A stretch of 64,000 nucleotides of DNA from the IMG/VR virus record IMGVR_UViG_3300035703_000010, positions 62,001-126,000 of that record; one strand, written 5' to 3'. Every line of letters begins with the position of its first letter. Positions within the stretch are counted from its first letter, which is position 1. Below are positions 34,378 through 43,388 of this stretch, piece by piece. The translations under genes were made by a program, and so were the position numbers. Below the pieces are notes generated by a model, which had not been told where the DNA came from, did not search any database, and saw nothing but the letters and a program-made list of their open reading frames with translations.

Positions 34378-36747
34378 TCAGGCTGCGTTGTGGATTGCGA
34401 CGAAGATTCTATCTTCAGCAACTGTAGCTACCTTGAGTTGAAGCTGTGTTGTTGAAGAGATGATGTAGTCGTCTCCGTATGAGAGGCGAACGCCGTTGAG
34501 GTAAACGTCCATTGCAAGCTTCTTAGCAGCATCATCAGCGACTGAAGCAGCGCGGAGGGTACCGACTGAAGAGAATGCGATGTTTGTGTCAGCTGCGACG
34601 ACTCCTGGTAAGAAGGCATCTTGCTTGAAGTTACCACCTGAAGCTGCAGAGATGATCGCATCAACGAGTGATACACCAGCTCCGAATTGTGCTTCAAATT
34701 GTGCTTGGTCGCCATCGCTTGCTAACTTGAAGGATTCATCGCCACGTGCAACGAGCATGAGATCAACTCCTGCTGCAGACTTGAGTTCCATTGCACCAGC
34801 GCTGATTCCTGCATGGCCAAGTTCTGTTCCTTCTGCGTTTCCGAAGTAAGAACCAGACATCCAAGCCTTGACGAGTGCTGCACCATTGAGGTCTGCTGGC
34901 GTAGTACCGTCTGCATTGTGTGCAACTTGTGCGAAGATGAGCTCTCCTGCTCCACCGTCTTGTCCGACCACGAGGTCATAAGAAGCACCAGCACCCTTGC
35001 TGAGGACGATACCGGAATCAACTGATCCGTTAGATCCTGTTGCGAGGTAGATGAATGCATCCTTAACCTTCATGTTTTCGGTTTCAACGTAGGTGAATGC
35101 ACCCTTAACGAGGAGGTTTCCATCGACTTGAGCATTACCAGAAACACGAATGTCTCCTGTAACGTCGAGCTTGGATCCGTCGAATGTTAACTTGGCTTCA
35201 TCCTTGATTGAACCGTCTGAATCAACGATATAGAGGCGTTGTGCAACGTCGCCATCGATGCTGATCTTGTTTGAGGTCAAGTCTGCGTTGACGTCGAGGG
35301 CTGCTCCGTTGATAGCTGCACCTGCAGAGAATGTAGCTGCGCCGGTTACGCCGAGTGTTCCACCGACTGTTGCGTTGTTTGTAACGCCGAGTGATGAAAG
35401 TGTAGATGCACCAGCGGAGAGTGTGCTGGAGAGTGTTACTGCTCCTGTTACTCCGAGTGTGCTTCCGAGTTGAGCTGCGCCAAGAACTCCGAGTGTACCA
35501 GCAATGGATGTGTTACCTGTTCCGTCTGCAACGACGAACTTGTCTGTATCCATTGTTAATCCACCATTGAGTTGTGCTCCTCCTGCGACGGATAATGAAC
35601 CGGCTGTTGCAACGTTTCCGGTTCCGTCTTGTACGGAGAATGCACCGGAATCCATGGACAATCCACCGTTAAGTGTTGTTGCACCGGTTACGGTGAGTGT
35701 GCTTGCCATAGAAACGGCTTGAGCAAATCCAGCCATTCCTGCAACTTGAAGTGAACCAGAGAGTCCTGCTGGTCCGCTAGCGTAGATTCCGCCTGTGATT
35801 GACATTGCGGATCCGTCGAAGATGAGTTTGGATTCATCCTTGAGGGAACCGTCTGAGTCAACGATGTAGAGACGTTGTGCAACATCGCCATCAATCTTGA
35901 GTGCAGATGCTGAAACTACGTTGTTGACATCAAGGATGCCGTCGATTCTTGCAGAGCTTAACATGTGAACGCTGCCGGTGACTGCGAGTGTACCAACAAG
36001 TTCAGAGTTTCCTGCAACTGCGAGATCTGACATTGTGCTTAAGTCGCCCATGATTGCTGCATCTTCGGTGACTGTGAGGTCGCCTGTGATAGCAGCTCCA
36101 CCGGAGATTGAAGCTCCTCCTGCGGAAATTTCGAGGCCTGCTGATCCGCTAATTGCTGCAGCAAATTTTGCAATTCCTGCGACGTCTAATGAACCAGAGA
36201 GTCCTGCTGGACCGCTTGCATAAAGTCCACCTGTGATTGACATTGCAGAACCATCAAAAACGAGTTTTGATTCATCTTTGATTGAACCGTCTGAGTCAAC
36301 GATGTAGAGACGAGAAGCAACATCACCATCGATGCTGATTTTGTTTGCAGTTAAATCAGCATTGACATCGAGTGCTGCACCGCTGATGGAAGCGCCGTTT
36401 GCGAATGTAGCTGCTTGAGCAACTGCAAGTGAACCGGAAACTCCAACTGCGCCAGCAAAGTATGCTGCTGAATCGAAATCAGCAACTCCAGCGACGTCAA
36501 TTGCGCCTTGGAAGTTTGCTTTTGTTCCGTCCATGTGAACGGCTGTGTAGATTGCTGAAAGGTTTTGTGAACCAGCAAGGTCGTCGTACCAGTTTGTTTG
36601 ACCGAGTACGCGCTTGACCTGCGAACGAAGTGCGTCAAGGTCTCCTGCGAGTGTAGATCTTGAAGCTAATGATGAACCTGCTCCGAGTGCATCATTAAAA
36701 GAAAGCGAACCACTAATTTGTGCTTGCTGAACTTTAGTAAAAGCCAT
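34378..36747 (-). CDS. Tail fibre/whisker-like repetitive virion protein (about 789 aa)
   Basis: Start placed at ATG 36747 (SD AGGTGG). Gly/Ala/Ser/Thr beta-repeats, three DGDVAxRLYIVDSDGS modules, two GGLxMD...DGTGN repeats, C-terminal VYLNGVRL...DYII module. Codon usage like the MCP. Confidence 0.7.
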   Translation of the reverse strand: MAFTKVQQAQISGSLSFNDALGAGSSLASRSTLAGDLDALRSQVKRVLGQTNWYDDLAGSQNLSAIYTAVHMDGTKANFQGAIDVAGVADFDSAAYFAGAVGVSGSLAVAQAATFANGASISGAALDVNADLTANKISIDGDVASRLYIVDSDGSIKDESKLVFDGSAMSITGGLYASGPAGLSGSLDVAGIAKFAAAISGSAGLEISAGGASISGGAAITGDLTVTEDAAIMGDLSTMSDLAVAGNSELVGTLAVTGSVHMLSSARIDGILDVNNVVSASALKIDGDVAQRLYIVDSDGSLKDESKLIFDGSAMSITGGIYASGPAGLSGSLQVAGMAGFAQAVSMASTLTVTGATTLNGGLSMDSGAFSVQDGTGNVATAGSLSVAGGAQLNGGLTMDTDKFVVADGTGNTSIAGTLGVLGAAQLGSTLGVTGAVTLSSTLSAGASTLSSLGVTNNATVGGTLGVTGAATFSAGAAINGAALDVNADLTSNKISIDGDVAQRLYIVDSDGSIKDEAKLTFDGSKLDVTGDIRVSGNAQVDGNLLVKGAFTYVETENMKVKDAFIYLATGSNGSVDSGIVLSKGAGASYDLVVGQDGGAGELIFAQVAHNADGTTPADLNGAALVKAWMSGSYFGNAEGTELGHAGISAGAMELKSAAGVDLMLVARGDESFKLASDGDQAQFEAQFGAGVSLVDAIISAASGGNFKQDAFLPGVVAADTNIAFSSVGTLRAASVADDAAKKLAMDVYLNGVRLSYGDDYIISSTTQLQLKVATVAEDRIFVAIHNAA
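35171..36397 (-). repeat. Three dispersed internal repeats in the fibre gene
   Basis: Near-identical DNA blocks at about 35171-35325, 35753-35900 and 36191-36397 (e.g. GAACCGTCTGA(G/A)TCAACGAT). Confidence 0.85.
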
Positions 36748-36813
36748 GTTACCACCTAATTTAGTTATTTTTGCATAGTAATCAAGCACCACGCTTGATT
36801 TTCTACGCAATGA

Positions 36814-36820
36814 TAAGTAT
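36814..36820 (-). promoter_or_regulatory. Candidate late promoter motif ATACTTA(TCA) (minus strand)
   Basis: Same ATACTTAT core as before sheaths 1 and 2. Upstream of the fibre gene. Confidence 0.5.
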
Positions 36821-36831
36821 TCGTTAACGAA
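36820..36831. promoter_or_regulatory. Perfect 12-bp palindrome TTCGTTAACGAA (possible operator)
   Basis: Abuts the minus-strand ATACTTA motif in the divergent spacer. Confidence 0.35.
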
Positions 36832-36857
36832 CTGAGCTATCTGAATAGTTACACACT

Positions 36858-36879
36858 AATTGTCATAAAATTGTCATAA
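36858..36879 (+). promoter_or_regulatory. Pho-box-like tandem 11-bp repeat (AATTGTCATAA)x2
   Basis: TTGTCAT-AAAA-TTGTCAT (36860-36877) versus the E. coli pstS Pho box CTGTCAT-AAAA-CTGTCAT. Lies in the divergent intergenic spacer. Confidence 0.5.
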
Positions 36880-36998
36880 TGTTCTTTTTTTAGATTACAA
36901 GCTTAAGAAGTTAATTCAGCTTCAAAAATGTTTGAGACGTTTTAGTTGTGTACCATACTTTTATTTAAGCATCTCGCTTGCCGAGGTTTAAATTCATT

Positions 36999-38186
36999 AT
37001 GACAACATTTGCAACAACGATTAATCCAACACCGTTTGGTTTTTTTGATGCTGAGGCAGCATTTCAGACAGAAGCTGATTCAATGGTTCTTTTTGTTAAA
37101 AGAAAATTAGGAGATGATGTTCTTTCTGTCGAATTAACTAAAAAAGAAATTTGGGCATGTTTTGAAGAAGCATGCTGCGAATATTCACGATTAATACATG
37201 AAATGAAAATAACCTCTGACTTGACCAACGTACTTGGAATGCCAACTGGATCTACTGATTTAACGAATAAATACGCAAAGAGAACCGTTGAATATCTTCT
37301 ACGCATGGCAGAACCATACGCAACAGAAGCATATGTTGGTGGATCATACGATGCAACATTAGGATATATAGACCTTATTTCTGGTCAACAAGATTATAAC
37401 ATCTATAAAGATGTTAAGGTTGCAACAGGAAACAACAAAGATCAAGTCGTTTTTGACACAATACCTTCTGGGTCAAAAGGTAAAATGAAAGTTGTTGAGT
37501 TATTTCATATGGAGCCTTTAGCATCTCAACAGTTTTTATTAAACGCTTCAAACATAACAAACTTCCTCGCTACAAATTTTAATTATGAATCATATGTTAA
37601 CTCAACGGTTTTCTACGTCCTACCCGTCTTTGAAGATGTTCTTAGAAGAGGAATGTTAGAAACGGCATTTAGAGTTAGGCGTTCAAATTATTCCTATGAA
37701 ATAATAGGAAGCAATTTAAGAATTTATCCTGTGCCATCTACTGATCTACAAACAGGAAAACTTTTCATAAAGTTAATGACTCCACATAATCCATTAAGCC
37801 CATCTGCGTATACCGATGATTCAATATATGGTATATCAGGTCCAAGCAATATACCATTTGGAAATATACCTTTTGCTACAATAAACCAACCTGGTAAGCA
37901 ATGGATTAGGCAGTACACTTTAGCATTATGCAAAGAGTTATTAGGGTTGATTCGATCTAAGTTTTCTTCTATCCCAATACCAAATGCAGATCTACAATTA
38001 AATGGTGCTGATCTTGTTAGCCAAGGAAGAGATGACAAAGATAAATTGACAACTCAAATGAAAGAATTTTTGGGAAATTTGACGCATGCAAAACTTCTAG
38101 AACAAGATGCGTTAGCTTCTGAGAACATGCAAAAACAATTACGATACATCCCAATGCCGTTAGGTAAATCAATCGTTATAGGTTGA
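36999..38186 (+). CDS. Neck protein (T4 gp13-like)
   Basis: FVKRKLGDDVLSVEL...WIRQYTLALCKELLGLIRSKF...LNGADL. Start moved to ATG 36999 (SD GAGG). Confidence 0.75.
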   Translation: MTTFATTINPTPFGFFDAEAAFQTEADSMVLFVKRKLGDDVLSVELTKKEIWACFEEACCEYSRLIHEMKITSDLTNVLGMPTGSTDLTNKYAKRTVEYLLRMAEPYATEAYVGGSYDATLGYIDLISGQQDYNIYKDVKVATGNNKDQVVFDTIPSGSKGKMKVVELFHMEPLASQQFLLNASNITNFLATNFNYESYVNSTVFYVLPVFEDVLRRGMLETAFRVRRSNYSYEIIGSNLRIYPVPSTDLQTGKLFIKLMTPHNPLSPSAYTDDSIYGISGPSNIPFGNIPFATINQPGKQWIRQYTLALCKELLGLIRSKFSSIPIPNADLQLNGADLVSQGRDDKDKLTTQMKEFLGNLTHAKLLEQDALASENMQKQLRYIPMPLGKSIVIG

Positions 38187-38198
38187 TGAAAGGATAAC

Positions 38199-38870
38199 AT
38201 GGCAAGGCTTTTTATTACTCAAAGAGAAATAAACTTTATTTCTGATATAACAAAAGAAATAGTCAAGGATGTAGTAGGACAAAAGATCTACTATTATCCA
38301 GTTTCTGAAACAAAAACAAAATCTCATGAAGTGTATGATGAAGCTTTGCAAAAAATATTTGATAATCCGATAGTAGTTGATGTTTTAGTAAATAGCGAAT
38401 TTCAAACTGAAACGAAGATTAACAAGTTTGGAATTGACGCTCAATTTACATTAGAAGTGTATATACAGCATAGAGACATGGTAGAAAAAGCTATCAATCC
38501 ATCAATAGGAGATTATTTTTCATTTGGTGCAATATTCTACGAGATTACAGAATATAAATACATGAGGACCATTTACGGTCAAGCTGAAAACATAGATGGA
38601 GTTTCTTTAATTGGAACTAGAGTTCGTGAAAGCCAATTTAAAGCTCTTACAAATGGTCCAACTGACATTAAGTATTCTGATAAAGACGCCATACAAGATA
38701 CATTCGTTCAGCAACGTGGTTATGAAAATGATGCTAATGGAGATCCTACAGGAGACGTTAGAGATCTTGTTAAAAACGGAGTTCTTGATGAACCTTTGAC
38801 AGGTCCTAAACAAGTATCTCCAAAAGGTGACTTAACCGGTGCTGGAAGCGCATTTTACGATGAGGATTGA
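38199..38870 (+). CDS. Neck/head-closure protein (T4 gp14-like)
   Basis: GQKIYYYP...VYDEA...KFGID...PSIGDYF...YEIT. Follows the gp13-like gene. Confidence 0.65.
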   Translation: MARLFITQREINFISDITKEIVKDVVGQKIYYYPVSETKTKSHEVYDEALQKIFDNPIVVDVLVNSEFQTETKINKFGIDAQFTLEVYIQHRDMVEKAINPSIGDYFSFGAIFYEITEYKYMRTIYGQAENIDGVSLIGTRVRESQFKALTNGPTDIKYSDKDAIQDTFVQQRGYENDANGDPTGDVRDLVKNGVLDEPLTGPKQVSPKGDLTGAGSAFYDED

Positions 38871-38872
38871 TT

Positions 38873-40213
38873 ATGCCTACTAGATTTAATTCTAAAAGTC
38901 AAGATAGATTTGGTGTTGCAGGTATTAATGCAGACAATCACCAAGGTACTGCTGATTTGACAATACCCCCAGTAGGCATAGAAGATGTTGACGTTGCCTT
39001 ATTTAAATTATTTGAAAATGAAATTAATTTGCAGGTAGGAGGAGATAATTCTGATTTTAAAAAGGTTCCTGTCATTTTTGCAACAGGAGAAAAATGGGCA
39101 ATTTTAAAGAAAAAAAAAGCTCTAAGAGATAAGAATAATTCTCTCATATTACCTTTAATAACGATATCTAGAACCTCAATTTCTCAAGATATTTCTTCAG
39201 ACATTGCTGGAAGAGGAATCAACCAACAAACTGGAGAAATTGTCATACGAAGAAGGTTAGATAAATCTGACAGAGGATATCAAAATTTAATCAATAGATT
39301 TTTGCTAAAAAATCAAAAGAACGTTGCAACAAACCCCACCAAAGAACATTTAGACAACCAACTATTGACTGACAGGACAGTCGGAGAAGATTCTAATGAA
39401 TCTTTAGTTGATGATGGAGCTTGGCTTGCTGACGTCAAAACAAACAACATTTATGAAACGATAGTCATACCATCACCACAGTTTTATAACGTTACTTATG
39501 AAGTAACGATGTGGACGCAATATACTCAACACATGAATCAATTGCTGGAACAAATTGTTTCATCATTTTTACCTCAGGCTAATTCATGGAAGCTACAAAC
39601 CCCTAAAGGATATTGGTTCGTAGCAACCGTAGACAATAATTCTTATGAACCTGAAAACAACTTAGACGAAATAGGTCAAGAAGAAAGAGTCATAAAGTAT
39701 AAATTTTCAGTTAATGTAAAATCTTACGTTTTTGCTTCTCAACATCCTGGTAATGGAGTTCCTATCAAACGCTGGGTATCATATCCTATTGTCACATTCG
39801 ATACGGGGCTAGAACCAGGAGGAGGAATGGGTCTATATCCAGCGCCAGGTTCTCAAGATCCATTTTTAGGATCTGACGACCCAACGCTTCCTTTAAGTGA
39901 TTCTAAAAACTCAACTCCTGGGCAACGTAATGTTGGAGGGACTATGTTGTATAATCCTAAAGATATAACTTCTGCAGATCCAGCAAGACAAAGCAGATCT
40001 TCAAAACAATATGCCCCAATTTATAAAAAGATAGTTTCTACTGATTTAAACGGAAACAAGTCGATAAATCACGTAAGAGTATATTCTGTTAATCAGCCCT
40101 CAGGAGAGTCTGTAATAAAAATAGCTACTCAGGTTGGATCAACACCAGCTCCGTCATTAGCAGAATCTTTATTAGGGGGATTAACATATCATACGATGCA
40201 AGATGATGAATAA
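38873..40213 (+). CDS. Tail sheath stabiliser/terminator (T4 gp15-like)
   Basis: KVPVIFATGEKW, LPLITISR, YEVTMWTQYTQHMNQLLEQI. Lies between neck and sheath genes. Confidence 0.65.
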   Translation: MPTRFNSKSQDRFGVAGINADNHQGTADLTIPPVGIEDVDVALFKLFENEINLQVGGDNSDFKKVPVIFATGEKWAILKKKKALRDKNNSLILPLITISRTSISQDISSDIAGRGINQQTGEIVIRRRLDKSDRGYQNLINRFLLKNQKNVATNPTKEHLDNQLLTDRTVGEDSNESLVDDGAWLADVKTNNIYETIVIPSPQFYNVTYEVTMWTQYTQHMNQLLEQIVSSFLPQANSWKLQTPKGYWFVATVDNNSYEPENNLDEIGQEERVIKYKFSVNVKSYVFASQHPGNGVPIKRWVSYPIVTFDTGLEPGGGMGLYPAPGSQDPFLGSDDPTLPLSDSKNSTPGQRNVGGTMLYNPKDITSADPARQSRSSKQYAPIYKKIVSTDLNGNKSINHVRVYSVNQPSGESVIKIATQVGSTPAPSLAESLLGGLTYHTMQDDE

Positions 40214-40236
40214 ATAGTATTTTTAGTTTTTTTCAA

Positions 40237-40243
40237 ATACTTA
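40237..40243 (+). promoter_or_regulatory. Candidate late promoter motif ATACTTA(T)
   Basis: Upstream of sheath 1. Confidence 0.5.
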
Positions 40244-40280
40244 TAAGAGAAGTTTATTCATTGCATGAAGGAGCAGGATA

Positions 40281-43200
40281 ATGGCTGAGCAAGTTTTTAG
40301 GTCTCCTAATTTTTTTGAGAGAGAAATAGAGTTAAAAGCACCACCAAGCGGAGGTCCTGTAGGCGTACCAGCTGGTGTAATCGGAATGTCAAATAAAGGA
40401 CCGGCTTTTGTACCGGTCACGGTTGCCAATTTTAATGAATTCGTTAGCGTGTTTGGAGACTTAGATCCTAAAAAGTTCGGTCCTTATGCCGTAAATGAGT
40501 TTTTAAAGAATAGAACAGCATTAACTTATATGAGAGTGTTAGGCGCAGGATCAAATAAAACTGCTACTGACATTTCTTCCACTGCATTAACTGGAAGAGT
40601 AAAAAATGCTGGGTTTAAGCTTGAAGGTAATTTAGCATCTCATGATGCTCAAGGTCGTCATGCTGGTGCAGTTCAGTTTTTAGTTGCAGATCATACCCTA
40701 CAAACTAACGAAGCGTATGGAATGCCCATGTTTACTGATAATGATTCACGTTCACAAACTAGCAACGTCAATCTAATCAGAGGAGTTGTCATGTTAGCAT
40801 CTGGTGCTAGAATGATAGTTCTCAATGGAAATGAAAATGTTCCACCTGCATTCGTAGGAGCTACTACGATTGATGACGCAGCTCAAGTAAAAAGTGGAAA
40901 ATTTAAGTTAGTTATTTCATCTGCATTAGGATCAACATTCGCATTTGATGATAAGCTACCTGGAATAAAGGTTTATACTGCATCCTTAAATCCTTCTAGC
41001 GACGATTATTTTGCTAAAGTATTAAATAGAGATCCTGAAAAGTTTGAGCAATACCAACATTTACTTCATTCTGATTTTGCAGTTGATGATGAAATTGCAA
41101 AAGTTGTTGATGATGATTACGTTGCAGTGTTGTCAGGATCTGCATCAACAAGCAATGTTTCAGGTGAACCAACTACTGAGTTTAGAAAAGCTTTTGGTGC
41201 CTTTGATACTAGATTTACTTCACCAAAGACTCCATCCTTCATCTCTCAACCATTCGGTTCTACTGAATACGATTTATTCCAAGTTGAATCATTAGATGAT
41301 GGTGCATATGCAAATAGCCTCTACAAGATCTCAATAACAAACTTAAAGGTTTCTGAGAATGAAGCATATGAGTATGGAACGTTTAACGTTCAAGTCCGCG
41401 ATTGGAATGACACAGATTTAAATCCTGCAGTTTTAGAAGAATTCGTCAACTGTTCTTTAGATCCTGATTCAGACAATTACATCGGAAAAGTTATAGGCGA
41501 TAGAAAAGTAACTTATGATTTTGATCAAGACATTCTTTCCGAAAGAAGAATCATCACGAGCGGCAAGTATGACAATGTGTCAAAATACATTAGAGTTATA
41601 ATTTCTCAAAATGTTGAAGATAAAAAAGTTCCAGCTGCCTCGTTGCCATTTGGATTCAGAGGGCCAGAATTACTAAAGACTAATGATACCTTGAAAGACG
41701 GAGAAATTGCAGCAACTGGAGCTGCTGCCTCATCATTAAAGAGATTAACCGGATTGTTTGCTTCTGATGCAGTCGGTTTCCTCTCACAATCAATATTACC
41801 ACCTGTCCCCTTTAGATTCAAGGTAACGAAAGGTCCGATGACAACACCCGCATGGGATGGTGATCCAGGACCACAAGAGGTTGCATCTCCTCAATTCTAT
41901 TGGGGCGTTAAGTTTGAAAGAAATGATTCACCATTAAATTCAAACATTTCTGAAGTAAAGAATAGCCTCTTAGAAAGCTATACGAAGTTTAGCGGAATCA
42001 AAAAGTTAGATGTTCTTGTAACTGGCTCAGGCGCGGATACATTTAACAACAACAAATTCTCATTATCTAATGTAGCATTTTCAGCAGGAACGATTGCTCA
42101 ATTAACAGGCACCGTTCGATCTCACATGAAAGAAGCTGCATACATCAGAAATGCAAAAGTTGATCCAACAACATACACGATTAATGATGCTGTATTAGGA
42201 GAAAGAATAACATTCGCTTCTCTATTATCAAATGGTGAACCATACGAGTTTAACAAGTATTCATCTTTTGCTAAGTTCACTACATTCATGCAAGGAGGAT
42301 TTGATGGATTAAACATCTTAGATCCTGCTGCATCAAGGATGAATGATAAAGCAACTTCTTTCGAAACTCCTCTTGGAGGAGCATCATCTACTTTCACATC
42401 TCCTGGAATGTTAACAAACCTTGCCGGAGTAGGAGTAGATAATAACGCGGTAAATTCATACATTACTGCAATTGATGTTATGACGGATCCCTTACAAGTC
42501 AACGTCAATTTATTGGCAATACCAGGAATTCGTGAAGATTACATAACGAACTACACGTCAAAGAAGATTAGAGACTATGGCTTAGGCATGTATATCATGG
42601 ATCTTCCAAACTACGATGACGATGACAATCGTATTTATGATGATTCAACAGCAAGAATCAACATTGAAAACACTGCAGCAACTTTTGAGGCAAGATCATT
42701 TGACAACAATTATGTTGCAACTTATTTCCCAAATGTTTACGTAAATGATGTAACTAACAATAGATACGTTAAAGTTCCATCATCTGTCGCTGCTTTAGGA
42801 GCGTTAGGGTTTAATGATAAAGTTGCATATCCGTGGTTCGCACCAGCAGGATTCAATAGAGCAGCTTTAGACTTCGTTAACAACGTAGAAGTTAGACTTA
42901 ACGTTTCTGATAGAGATAGACTCTATGATGCTAGAATTAATCCAATTGCAACTTTCCCAAGATTGGGATTTGTAATTTATGGACAAAAGACATTACAAAT
43001 AAGAAAATCAGCATTGGATAGAGTCAACGTTCGTAGATTACTTTTAGAAGTCAAGCGTTTAATCATCAACATAGCAAACAGAATTGTGTTCGAACAAAAC
43101 ACACCAGCTGTTCGTAACAAGTTTGTTGCAGACGCAATACTTCAATTAGGATTAATTCAAGCACAAGCTGGTATTGAAGCATACCAAGTTGTCATGAATG

Positions 43201-43331
43201 AAACGAACAATACGCAAGAAGATGTTGATCTAAATAGACTAAATGGAAGAATCGTCGTTGTTCCGACAAGAGCAATTGAATTTATTGCAATTGACTTCAT
43301 CGTAACAAATTCAGGCGTTCAGTTCGTTTGA
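40281..43331 (+). CDS. gp18: Tail sheath protein, paralog 1
   Basis: N-terminal SPNFFEREIEL...GPAFVPV. C-terminal PWFAPAGFNR...RINPIATF...YGQKTL...RVNVRRLL...PTRAIEFIAIDF. Confidence 0.92.
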   Translation: MAEQVFRSPNFFEREIELKAPPSGGPVGVPAGVIGMSNKGPAFVPVTVANFNEFVSVFGDLDPKKFGPYAVNEFLKNRTALTYMRVLGAGSNKTATDISSTALTGRVKNAGFKLEGNLASHDAQGRHAGAVQFLVADHTLQTNEAYGMPMFTDNDSRSQTSNVNLIRGVVMLASGARMIVLNGNENVPPAFVGATTIDDAAQVKSGKFKLVISSALGSTFAFDDKLPGIKVYTASLNPSSDDYFAKVLNRDPEKFEQYQHLLHSDFAVDDEIAKVVDDDYVAVLSGSASTSNVSGEPTTEFRKAFGAFDTRFTSPKTPSFISQPFGSTEYDLFQVESLDDGAYANSLYKISITNLKVSENEAYEYGTFNVQVRDWNDTDLNPAVLEEFVNCSLDPDSDNYIGKVIGDRKVTYDFDQDILSERRIITSGKYDNVSKYIRVIISQNVEDKKVPAASLPFGFRGPELLKTNDTLKDGEIAATGAAASSLKRLTGLFASDAVGFLSQSILPPVPFRFKVTKGPMTTPAWDGDPGPQEVASPQFYWGVKFERNDSPLNSNISEVKNSLLESYTKFSGIKKLDVLVTGSGADTFNNNKFSLSNVAFSAGTIAQLTGTVRSHMKEAAYIRNAKVDPTTYTINDAVLGERITFASLLSNGEPYEFNKYSSFAKFTTFMQGGFDGLNILDPAASRMNDKATSFETPLGGASSTFTSPGMLTNLAGVGVDNNAVNSYITAIDVMTDPLQVNVNLLAIPGIREDYITNYTSKKIRDYGLGMYIMDLPNYDDDDNRIYDDSTARINIENTAATFEARSFDNNYVATYFPNVYVNDVTNNRYVKVPSSVAALGALGFNDKVAYPWFAPAGFNRAALDFVNNVEVRLNVSDRDRLYDARINPIATFPRLGFVIYGQKTLQIRKSALDRVNVRRLLLEVKRLIINIANRIVFEQNTPAVRNKFVADAILQLGLIQAQAGIEAYQVVMNETNNTQEDVDLNRLNGRIVVVPTRAIEFIAIDFIVTNSGVQFV

Positions 43332-43355
43332 TGCTAAAAATTCTTAGGTAATCTG

Positions 43356-43362
43356 ATACTTA
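43356..43362 (+). promoter_or_regulatory. Candidate late promoter motif ATACTTA(TCA)
   Basis: Upstream of sheath 2. Confidence 0.5.
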
Positions 43363-43388
43363 TCAAGCAAGTTGTAGGAGCGAAATAA

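Noticed and set aside
34428-36638. Multiple short ORFs overlapping the fibre gene
   Set aside because: By-products of the GC-richer repetitive coding sequence; low-complexity translations.
36748-36810. Track start TTG 36810 for the fibre gene
   Set aside because: ATG 36747 has an AGGTGG SD, and the TTG lies only 3 nt from the promoter motif.
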